Virus record (IMG/VR): IMGVR_UViG_3300029928_000001
Coordinates: 64,001-128,000 of that record
Origin: a virus
Lineage: Duplodnaviria; Caudoviricetes
Strand: one strand, 5' to 3'
Length of the DNA: 64,000 nucleotides
Under the pieces are notes generated by a model. The model was not told the origin of the DNA, searched no databases, and was given only the letters and a program-made list of their open reading frames with translations. Both the position numbers and the translations under genes were made by a program. Positions 9,859 to 19,754 of the stretch are shown piece after piece. Position 1 is the stretch's first letter; every line of letters begins with the position of its first letter.

Positions 9859-10156
9859 AAATGTAATTAGTGAGTTCAATAATCTCTAAACCATAAGTAG
9901 CAAGTAAATCGGCAAATAATTCTTCTTGCTCTGGTGGTAACTCGACATTATAACTAAACATTACAGCATGAGTCATTTCATGGCATAACACTTTAAATGT
10001 ATCCTATTCATTCATATCTTCTTTTATATAAATACATTTAGTTATGTCATCACAAGAGCCGATAGCTAAAGAACCATCGACCCTATATAATTTTGGATGA
10101 TTAGCAGATACTAAAAGTACCTGCCATTCTTCACCATTTATTTTAACTCTATTCAA
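9836..10156 (-). CDS. HExxH zinc-metallopeptidase-like protein
   Basis: Read-through of TAG 10004-10006 gives VLCHEMTHA...EQEE. Start is uncertain (TTG assumed). Confidence 0.7.
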
Positions 10157-10673
10157 TTTTTGTTGCCAAAGCAGCAATCTTTCTATATAATAACTATTTT
10201 TCTTCTGGGGAAGCATCTCGAATCATATCGGTAATATCACTTGACAATTCTTTTAAATAATTTTCCAGATCATTTAATTGTTTAGCGGTATCATGATGCA
10301 TTTCCTTGGATTCCATATACATCTTTCTATACATTGGACTCCGTCCTTCTTTATCGGAGTCCATGTATCTATTGTTTCCATTTTTGGATAAATTCATAGG
10401 ACGCTCCGTATAATACATAGTGTGTGAAGAGTTCCCCTTATCATAATACGAAGAAGGACTTTCCATATAATAATAGTTATTAATTGGATTTTCTTCATTA
10501 GCGCCTTCCATGGCCTCAACTATACTTCCATAGTAAAGAGCTTCCTCAAGATCCTTAATCATATCTATTACTTCACCTAATTCTTTTGCATCTACGCACT
10601 CTAAATGAGACATCTGCGCTTCTGCTTGCGCCATTAGACAATTTTTCATAGATTTCAATCTTTTCATTCCCAT
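10143..10673 (-). CDS. Hypothetical helical protein (unknown-function module)
   Basis: DAKELGEVIDMIKDL...SPEEK[Q]LLYRKIAALATKIE[Q]S-TAA. Confidence 0.8.
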
Positions 10674-10674
10674 A

Positions 10675-11097
10675 TTAAGCCACCCTTTCTATAATTAAAC
10701 TTGCATTTTGAATAGAAACAGAAGTGGCACTTGTATTTTCTACACTTAACTGCGAACAGCAACCAGCGGGAATATCTAAGAAAAGACTTCTATTAACTCC
10801 ATTATAAGTTGCCGCAGTCGCTGGTGAAGAGATCATAGTAGTCTCGGCTACTGGTTCACCGTTCAAAGCAATTGCTAATAAAATAGGAGTGATTGGAGTT
10901 GTATCGGCCGGAAGGGCTACATTACAACCAAAGGTCACTCTGAATCTAGCTCTACATTGATTAGTAATACCTCTTAAAGTGACTAAACCACTTCCCTCCC
11001 GATGAAGCATACATTGGCTTCCGGAAACAGCGGTATTAGTAAATACTACATTAGAGCCAGCCGCAACTGTCTATAAAGCATTTGCTGTTATTTCCAT
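10675..11097 (-). CDS. Beta-rich protein, possible BclA-CTD/C1q-like fold
   Basis: RBS GGAGG. MEITANAL[Q]TVAAG...HREGSGLVTLRG...SLIIERVA. Single TAG, at codon 9. Fold is inferred. Confidence 0.75.
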
Positions 11098-11120
11098 TTA
11101 TTTTACCTCCAAATAATTAA

Positions 11121-11903
11121 TTAGTAGCTAAGAGTAGAGCTACAGCCTGTGCATCCTGTATTGGCGCTGTAAGCGGAAAAAGGATTCTGTACGACGTAGG
11201 CCGGAATCGGCGCCTTTTGACCTAACTGAGCGATCAAATATGCGTTCTGCTCAGCCTGCGATTGTGCGCTTCTAAGAGCCTGGTTCTCAGTCGTAAGAGT
11301 TGTAATTTTATCATTTACTAAGAAATCTAAAATTGCTCTTGTATTTTCTTGTCCTGCTTGAATAATGTCTCTAGCATTGTCAACAGTAGTTTGACGATTT
11401 TGGCAAGCAAGTGTAGCAAGGTTGTAGTTTAAATCCGCGAAGTTCTGGTTGATGAGCTACTTGGACTCACAACAACATTGCGCTTGAGTTGCCGACATTT
11501 GGTTGAGCAAAGTCGCAATATCAAACTTATTCTGTAAATTAGTAGTATTTAAATTACAAATATCACTTTGAATACTTCTAATACCACCATTTACATATTC
11601 ATTAGTAGTTGCCGCATTAGTTAAACCGGATGTATTGAGATTATAGAAACCATTAGCAAGGTTAGTATTTAAATCTCCCATCATGTTTCTTAAGCTAGCA
11701 GCATCAATTTCTTCTCTTACTGAGTTAGTTCCGGCTCCATTGCCATTTCCTCCCCAGCTATTTCCACCCCATCCTGCGAAGCAAAATAAGAATAAAATAA
11801 TAATCCACCAAGCATTCCCATCGCCCCAGCCACCATTGTTATTTCTATCACCAGTAGCAGCAGCGATATCGGATAAAGAATATCCACCATTTTGATTAAA
11901 CAT
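11121..11903 (-). CDS. Gly/Trp-rich TM protein with coiled coil and CCC motif
   Basis: WWIIILFLFCF, AQCCCESK[Q]LIN..., PIPAYVV.NP, Cys-containing tail; RBS AGGAGG. Confidence 0.82.
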
Positions 11904-11918
11904 AATTTTTCCTCCTTT

Positions 11919-12158
11919 TTACAAACCAAAAGTGTTTTTAAAATTATTAAATTCGGAATCAAAATCTCTTCCGTTTTGAGAAAAAATATTGCGCGCAATT
12001 GCTTCAATGTCTCCTGTCTAACCATTCTATGCTAATTTAATTAAATTTTCTCCCATTGGTGTATTTCCCATTTGTTGCTACATCAAATCTAGCATAATCT
12101 ATTGCGGATTTCCACCTTTTCTTATCATTTGTAAAATCTACATTGGATTAGCGTTCAT
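11919..12158 (-). CDS. Small Gln/Met-rich helical protein (five TAG in 79 codons)
   Basis: RBS AGGAGG. MNANPM[Q]ILQM...GNPQ[Q]IM...; absent from the standard-code track. Confidence 0.75.
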
Positions 12159-12174
12159 TTAATTTCCTCCTTTT

Positions 12175-12552
12175 TTAGAATCTAAACTCATCTTCTGGCG
12201 GCGTAGTTTGCACTTGAGCCGCAGCAAGTTGAGTCAAAGCAATTTTAATATCTCCTAAAGTATTATCAAACTCTTCCTTTGTTACATATTGGCTTTCTAA
12301 AGTGGGAATTTCAGTAAGACAATACATATTTAGCGAAGCTGTTCCGTCTAAATTAATTTGCTTTGTATAAATTCTTTTATTAGCAAAATCTGGGAAAATA
12401 AAAATACTACCATCGAAGTCAATCTAAGCGGCTCTAACTTCGTCTAAGGAAGAAACAGGTCTACCCTTTAATCCTATTTGTGGCGGCACCATTGGCACAG
12501 GCTTAACAGGGGTAGGACTATACCCATTATAATTTGTGTTATACATAACCAT
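12175..12552 (-). CDS. Hypothetical protein, first gene of the module
   Basis: Pro-rich N-terminus, GRPVSSLDEVRAA[Q]IDFDGS..FPD...IYTKQINLDG, YVTKEEF. Confidence 0.78.
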
Positions 12553-12653
12553 ATAAATCCTTTCTAAAGTTTTCTTTTTCTCAATAATATATAACTTTTA
12601 TTTTTAATACTTTATCAAGATATAGTATCACTTTTTTAACAAAAAACTCACAT

Positions 12654-12682
12654 TTGACTTTTTAAAAATTTTTTGTTATAAT
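12654..12682 (+). promoter_or_regulatory. SigmaA-type promoter for the LytTR-holin unit
   Basis: TTGACT-17 bp-TATAAT with extended TG. Confidence 0.82.
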
Positions 12683-12707
12683 AAAAGAAAAAGGGAAAAA
12701 AGGTAAT

Positions 12708-13436
12708 ATGTATAAAATTGCTATTTGCGATGATAATATATATACTTTAAATGAAATAACACAGGCAGTCTTAAATTTTAGCATTAATAAGAATTTACAA
12801 GTATAGATTTATCAATTTAATCATAAAGATAATTTTATGAAACAATTTGATCAATTTGACATCTACTTTTTAGAATTAGATTTAAAAGAAACTAATGGGC
12901 AAGAGTTAGCTATCCAAATTAGAAATAATAATCCAACAGCAGAAATAATAATTTTAAATTCAGATGATTTTTATCGTTCTTTTTCTTATAAAATAAATAG
13001 TTGTTATTATTTAATGAAACCAATTACTAAATCATTATTAGACACTGCTTTAGCAATAGCTTTTTCTCGTATTAAACAAAAGAAATGCATTATAAAGACT
13101 AAAGAAGGATATCAAAAAATTATATTAGATGATTTGTTATATATAAATATAGAACAACGTAGCTCTTGTTTCCATTTAAAAAATAATATTACTTTTTTTA
13201 GTACATGTCTACATGAATCATTTTGTAAAGAAAATAATTATTTGTTAAATCACCCAGAATTATTATTAATTGAACCAAGCTTAATAGTTAATTTAGATAA
13301 TATAGAAATTTTAAATAGAGAAAAAATAACTTTTACAAATAAAGATATATTATATTTACCAAGAAAAGCTTATAATAAAATTTATTCAGTTTGGTCTTAT
13401 TATCATTTACCAAAAGAAAGAGAGGAAATATTTTGA
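12708..13436 (+). CDS. LytTR-family response regulator with atypical receiver domain (one TAG)
   Basis: MYKIAICDD start upstream of TAG 12804-12806. DIYFLELDL..TNG.ELA..IR, YLMKPI; LytTR-like S.IVNLDNI. Confidence 0.85.
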
Positions 13437-13825
13437 ATATTGAATTATTAAACCAAATTTTTCAATTATGTATTGTTCCATTGCTTGGTGTTTTAACCAC
13501 CTATTTAGTTCAATTTATTAGAAAGAAGGTTAAGGATATTACTGCCACAGAAAAGAATGAAAAAGCACAAAAATATATCCAAATGCTTTCTGATACCATT
13601 ACTAATTGCGTAATTGCTACTAATCAAACTTATGTTGATAATTTGAAAGATAAAAATGCTTTTGATGAAGAAGCGCAAAAAGTAGCTTTTGAAAAAACTT
13701 ATCAAGCAATTATGAAAACATTAAATGATGAAGCTTATAAGTACTTAGAAGAAATTTATGGAGACTTAGAAGAATACATTAAAACTAAAATTGAATCAGA
13801 AGTTAAAACACAAAAAAAGGCTTGA
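13433..13825 (+). CDS. Putative phage holin
   Basis: TTG start overlaps the LytTR TGA; RBS GAGG. One N-terminal TM segment, then NQTYVD.LK...F and IESEV..K. Confidence 0.7.
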   Translation: MNIELLNQIFQLCIVPLLGVLTTYLVQFIRKKVKDITATEKNEKAQKYIQMLSDTITNCVIATNQTYVDNLKDKNAFDEEAQKVAFEKTYQAIMKTLNDEAYKYLEEIYGDLEEYIKTKIESEVKTQKKA

Positions 13826-13850
13826 GTTTATCACTCAAGCCTTATTTTAT
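13812..13850. terminator. Bidirectional terminator
   Basis: AAGGCTTGAGT-ttatc-ACTCAAGCCTT with A/T-rich flanks. Confidence 0.75.
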
Positions 13851-14543
13851 TCTAATCCAAACTCTACCATTTACTTTAACTTTATCATTCCAATACTCAT
13901 ACGTAGGTATTTCAGAAACAATGCCAATTATGCGATCTGGATATTCTTTAATCTCTTCTCTCGTCATTGCCGACACTGTGCCGCACGGACCAGCGCAAAC
14001 TGCGTCGCCTACGCGCAACGTGCCACTCGGGCAAGCTAATACTCTTCCTACTATTGCTACTGGAGTTTTGCATTGCTCCGTTTCGCCAATCGCAAAACCA
14101 TAAGTGTCAGATATTACTTCTGCTCCTGACTGTAATCTTTCCTGCGCGAGGGAGAGCGTGCCGTCACCATTTTCACAAATCACACGACCTGGCTCATGCA
14201 CCTCGCTACACCGGAATTCCGCAAAGTCATTCCAAGCAGCTCCCATCAATACATTGGTATTACTAATATAAATATTAGAATTAGAATAAGTTTGTGGATT
14301 AGTTGCCTAAGAAGCAGCGCCTATAACATATAATTTAGTTCCTGTTAAATTTGTAGAACCTGCCGTATTTTTTGTATCAGTTGATGAATAATTATTTAAA
14401 GCGTTTTTTACAAAAGCCGTAGAAGCTGCCTATGTATTATTGGTCCCTGAACTGGCAGTAGGAACAGTAGGCGTCCCAGAAAAATTAGGAGATACTAAAT
14501 TAGCTTTTGTTTTAATTTGATTAATTATTTTTGGTTCAGCCAT
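13842..14543 (-). CDS. Tail fibre protein with C-terminal intramolecular-chaperone/peptidase G2-like domain
   Basis: SPNFSGTPTVPTA...NNT[Q]AASTAFV fibre repeat; WNDFAEFR...PGRV...VAIVGRV. Confidence 0.72.
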
Positions 14544-14552
14544 TACATAAAT

Positions 14553-14810
14553 TCACTCCTCATTTACTATCTAAACTTTAACTTTTAAAGCGGCAGTTTG
14601 CGCTTCGAAGGTTAAAGTAATCTTTCCAGCTACTACAGTTGCACCTGTTGGAGCTACTGTATAATTATCTGTATATATATCTATTAAAGATTCTGTTGTA
14701 ATAGCAGAGTTTGATAAAGATACTGATGTTGATCCGGCGGCAAGAGTACCTGAAAGGATCAACGGAGGAGAAAGTTTATCAAGTTTCTCCTTTATACGAT
14801 TTTTTGCCAT
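14553..14810 (-). CDS. Small beta-rich tail-associated protein
   Basis: 85 aa with TAG read-through to TGA 14553-14555. Confidence 0.7.
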
Positions 14811-14825
14811 TTTATTGACGCTCCT

Positions 14826-15529
14826 TTATAATTTTACATATTTAAAACCATCTATATGTATACCATTTGTTGGATAATCGTCTGAATTGTCAGATACTAC
14901 ATACCCCTCTATTGTTTCTACACCTATAGTTTTAGTAATTGTTTTAGAGCCTAACAAATTTTGATCCCAATAATTTGAATCTAATGCTTCAGGACATGTT
15001 AAATTTCCATCAGTCAAATGCCATTTTCGATTATCTACATCGTAAGCTGGTCCACCCAAAAACTGCCAACCATATCCGGCTGTAGTACCTAAATAAGTCC
15101 ATGAAAATAATTCATAGCTCCCATTTTCTTTAAAAACAAATTTTAAAGCACTATTAGTCGAATTTGACGACCAAGTTGTTGTAATTAGTTCTAATCCAAT
15201 AATATCAGATTCTATACATGTATAATTTGGTATGGGTGGTGTTAATGTAACTACAGGCGGATTAACAAAACCTGACGATTGCATTTCCACAGTTACTTTT
15301 AAAGTACTTGTATAAGTTTTAGTTTCATCTTTAATTTTTTTCCAAGCATATAATCCAGACGATTTTCCTAACTCTAATGCAGTTATTTCTTCTATCATCT
15401 CTCCAGGAGTTAATAAGCCAGGATCAGAACCCCCCCCTCGATTACCTTGCGGCGAACCGCATCAGAGAGATTATTAAGGGTGGATTTTTTAATTAATAGT
15501 TGCTTATCATTTGTTTTTATTATATCCAT
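14826..15529 (-). CDS. Tail fibre/receptor-binding-type protein, frameshifted at a G8 tract
   Basis: RBS and ATG at 15529 open a 39-aa ORF. One extra G at 15430-15437 fuses it to ORF 14826..15398 and completes the motif STLNNLSDAVRRK...LTPGEMIEEI. Confidence 0.72.
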
Positions 15530-15544
15530 AATTTTTACACTCCT

Positions 15545-15817
15545 TTAAAACGTTTCATTACCAAAACTTAATGATTCCGCTTCTGCAAGAGAAACTGCTT
15601 GCCATTTACCATTTACTACTTGAAGAATGGAGCCATCTGGAATCGATCCCATCGTCTTACCATTCCCTCCTAAAAATGGCAATGGATATAAAACATCGCC
15701 CCCCCCAAACTAGAGAGATTTAAAATATTCTGTCTCGCCGTCCCACATAGTGGCAGTTGGCCCTGATACTGACTCAAGCGCAGCGAGAACTTTATTTTTT
15801 ACTAATTTATCTGCCAT
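15545..15817 (-). CDS. Small tail-associated protein, paralogous to the N-terminus of the upstream gene
   Basis: MADKLVKNKVL...WDGETEYFKSL[Q]FGGG..YPLP...ILQVVNGKW; RBS AAGGAG. Confidence 0.72.
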
Positions 15818-15834
15818 TTTTAATCTCCTTTTTA

Positions 15835-16767
15835 TTAGATACAGCCGAACGGAGCAAGCCCATAAGTATCGAACGCAGCGCTAGTGTTCGCACTGCCACT
15901 GCTAATGACACGACAGAAACGATCCGAGCCGCCCGAACGCGGAGAGCACTCCCACCAAGAGTATGCAGAACCTGTATCGCTAAGTTTTTTGATGCGGTTT
16001 GAGGCTGTTTGATACCATTTCCATTGTGCGTAAAGAGCTGCTTCATCCGATTGCGCATAAGACACGCTTCCAAATATGGCTTTTTCCGGCGCAAGTCCAA
16101 AATAGTCGGTTGTCTCAAGAAGTCCGCTTGAGCTTCCGCCGCCTTTTCCTTGCTTCCATTTGAACTGTTTGAAAATGCCGCGAAGCGTACTTGGGATTGC
16201 CGCGCAGAATACATCATTGCACCACGTTCTTCTTGCACATCCCGACCATCCATTGGTGTTGCTCTTTGTCGAATTCATGTAACCTGCTTCTGCAAGGCTA
16301 TTTTTTAGCCCGACAATGAATGACGGTTTGGTCTTGCCGCCAGATGTTGCCGATGCAAGCGTGAAGCCTGTACAAGTCGAATCCATCAGAACGAGCGTTA
16401 CTGCTTGCGCCGCATGGGATTCTCCCACCCCAGTTGCTGCCATTGCAGATAGCTGAACCGTCCGTTCGTCACCGACTGTCCAATAATCAGTTAGGTTAAT
16501 TTGACCTGCGTCTGCCGCCTGCACCATTGCGACGATCTCTTCATCCGTGCCGCCCGCCCAAGTGACAATCTTTAAACTATCCAACTCTCCGCTCCGCCAT
16601 TTACCATCTACCACCTTTAGTACCTAACCTTCTTCTCCATTAGTCGGTAAAGGATAATAAGTATTATTTCCATAAGTAATAGATTTAAAATATCCAGTTT
16701 CTTCGTCCCAATATTCAATTTTATCAGGAGCTCCTGATATGGCTTTTAAAATCTTATTCTTAACCAA
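15835..16767 (-). CDS. DUF6273-like (C-type-lectin-fold-like) receptor-binding protein
   Basis: TTG start, RBS AGGAG, one TAG. YWTVGDER, GW..C..RTWCN, C-terminal WWECSP......FC.V...G......G.APFGCI. Confidence 0.72.
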
Positions 16768-17565
16768 TTATCTCACTCCTTTATACTTATCAAACTGTGC
16801 AGGCACGTTCCCTGCGAGTCCGAAGGCCACCGGATGCCGAGCACACATAACGACTCTCTGTTCCTACCCAGCTCCTCTAACATTGCCGAACTTGGTTACG
16901 TCCTCTCCGAGTCCAGACTTGCCGATCGCAGCCGCAAACGCGTTCGTGCATTCTATTAATGTAATAATACCATTCTCATCTTTATTATAAACAATACTCA
17001 CATGCGTGATGTATCTAAATGAACTCTGCTCAAGCGCGTCAGTATCGCCGTCACTGATATTATCACTGCGATAAAAAACTAAATCACCAATATCAGCTTC
17101 TGAATAAGGAATCTCACAACCTTTTCTATAAAGCTCTTGCGCCATCGCTGCGGCATTGTCAAAAGTAATGAAGCATCGCTCACCATTTTCATTCTCGTAG
17201 GTGTTGCCTTTGTAGTACGTAGAAGAGTTCTTCATGATGCCATAGGCCGCCCTTGCCGCAAGAAAATCAAAATAATAACCCCAATCAAAGGCTGTATTAA
17301 TTTTTGTAGTTGGTTGGGCGGAAAAGTCAGAGACCTTTCTGCCCATCCATACCATTTGCGCAAATAATCCGCAATTAAGAACATACTTACCTTTATACAT
17401 ACAACCATTAATTTCATCTTGCGAATCTAAAGTTGTTACTGCTTTTGGATAAGCATAACTTTCTCTACGAAATGTTCCATCGTAAATAAATTTTGTTTTA
17501 TTATTAAAATAATCATCCATTAATTTCTTTAAGGATGTCTTTTGTCCATAAGTTAGTTTGTTCAT
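16768..17565 (-). CDS. NlpC/P60-like cell-wall peptidase (endolysin or virion lysin candidate)
   Basis: LNCGLFAQMVW, GDLVFY, ITHVSIV (Cys-His pair). TAG 16864-16866 read through to TAA. Confidence 0.65.
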
Positions 17566-19742
17566 ACTTCCACCCATGATCCATTCATTTTTACATACAT
17601 TGACTTCATCTCAATCCACGGCAAAGCAATACTTCCCGCCGAAAAAGCTGTAGATGAAGCGCTTGTATAAAATACACTATTTACTGTATCATATAATCCT
17701 GCTACTGAATCAGAATTCCTTTTAGCTGGTACAAAATTTCTAACTAACGTACCATTGTCATAAATTTTGCAAGAATATAATCTCATCTAAGACTAATAAC
17801 CTACAGACCCAGCATTATTTACCGCAAATAAATATAGTGCATTTGTGCATGTACCAGAAGTAACAGCAGTATTAGTTACTTTTGTATTACCGACTGTGGT
17901 TACATTTTTATTTTTATCAACTGTTTGCCGAGTTAATAAAGTTGGAATGGAAACTGATTGATTTGTGCCGAAATAGTCAGTACGTAATGCCACAGATCCA
18001 CTATTCCATAAAATAAATTGATTAGATGCAGTACCTGAAGTAACATCTCTCGTACCATAATATCCAACTATGGATGAATAAGCTGCTATTGGTTCAAAAT
18101 CCATTAACACTCTTGTATTATAAGTTGGTTTAAAATTTGTATTAATATACTAAGAGCCAGAACTATAGATATATTTTAATTGAGTATAAGTTGATGGAAC
18201 TTGATAAGGCATTTTTATATATGCAGTACTTATTTTTTTCCAGTTATCCCTTGTTTCTGTGCTAGTCTCAAAAGTACCAGTGCCTGCATTAGTATAAAAT
18301 TTAGAATTTACTGTATCGTACATTCCTAATACATTATCAGAAGTGCGTTTAGCCGGAATGAATTTTCTCTATAATACATCATTATTGTAAATTTCGCATT
18401 CATAAATACTTAATCCATTACAAGCTTCTGTTAATGTTCCATTTCTATTAATACCAAATAAGTAAGCACTAAAGGCGCAAGAAAATGAAGATGTAGTGAA
18501 ACTGTAAACAGTTGTACCATTTTTCTTTAATACTCCTTTATCAAAATCTAAAGTCACTGGATCAGTCGTATTGCTTACATCCCATGTCTAATTAGTAGCT
18601 GTAGAATTATAATAACTTAAATGTTTCGCCCACATTGCAAAAGACAAAGAACCCCATCCAGTTTCAGCACCCATAATGCCAATTAAATTACTAGCAGCGT
18701 TCATTTTCATTTTTATAACGTACCTAGTATATCCAGTTGGCTTAAAACCGGTGTCTATATATTGAGTACCCGTACCTTTTAAATAAGGTACAGCGGTATA
18801 GCCAGATGGTAAATTAGGATCTATTTTTGCATACTTTTCATCACTACTTTGGGCTTCAATAACGGTAATTCTTACATAACCGTTGCCATAATGTCCAGTT
18901 TCAGTAGTACCAGTAGGTGAAGTCATAGAAGCATTTCCGGCAATCATAGAAGCATCTGTTAAATAATAACTACTATTTAATAAACATCCAGCAGGATAAC
19001 TAGGAGCTGTAGAACTAGTGTAAATATAACCAGAACCTCCGCCGCCGCCTCTATCATCATCACCAGAACTATCTGGATAAGAGCCACATCCTCCATACCA
19101 GCCGCCACCACCGGCGCCAGCATAACCAGAATATGCATAGCATCCAAACCCACCAAATCCAAAACCATTATACCAACTATCACCAGTATTTGTTGTGCCT
19201 TGTGTAGTAGCCACATATGTACTACTGCTAGCGGTATTACCATTTTGTGCACCACCATAACCATAAGAGCCATAATTTTGCGTACTAGCTCCTCCAGCAG
19301 TGCCACCGCCATACATACCATTTTTACTAGCAGCGCCATCCGAACCACCACCACCAGCAACAATAACTCTAGCATAAAGTGAGTCTTGCCTGATACGCAC
19401 ATCTGAGCCGCCGCCACCGCCTTTATACCCATAGCGGTAACCTCCACCGTTAAAACCTCCAGTTACAACTGCGTTAGTATTGGTACTACTATTACCTCCA
19501 GCGCCACCAGCGTATAAATAAACTACAGTTTTATCTATTAAAGTAATCGTACCTACACTATAGCCACCTTTACCACTATAACTCTACGAACTACGATAGC
19601 CGCCTTCAGCTCCCCACACTTCTAACTTATAAGTTCCAGGAGGAAGAGTAATCTATTTTTTAGAACCGCTATATGGACAATTTAAAATATCTCCTGTTTT
19701 TACTTTTGAAGGAATTGAACTTGTTAAATCATATGTTGCCAT
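17562..19742 (-). CDS. Glycine-rich tail fibre protein, 726 aa, with two lectin-like repeats
   Basis: YKLEVWGAEGG...GGFNGGG...GGGGSDVR...VAGGGG Gly-rich domain. Four TAG-delimited track ORFs share one frame. Confidence 0.8.
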
Positions 19743-19754
19743 TCAAATCCCTCC

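Noticed and set aside
12584-12629. Additional copies of the tripartite promoter motif upstream of 12552 and of the TMP gene
   Set aside because: Only partial matches (no GGWC at the right spacing), so they were not counted
15835-15970. Complete diversity-generating retroelement
   Set aside because: No reverse transcriptase or template repeat seen in this window; kept only as a hypothesis
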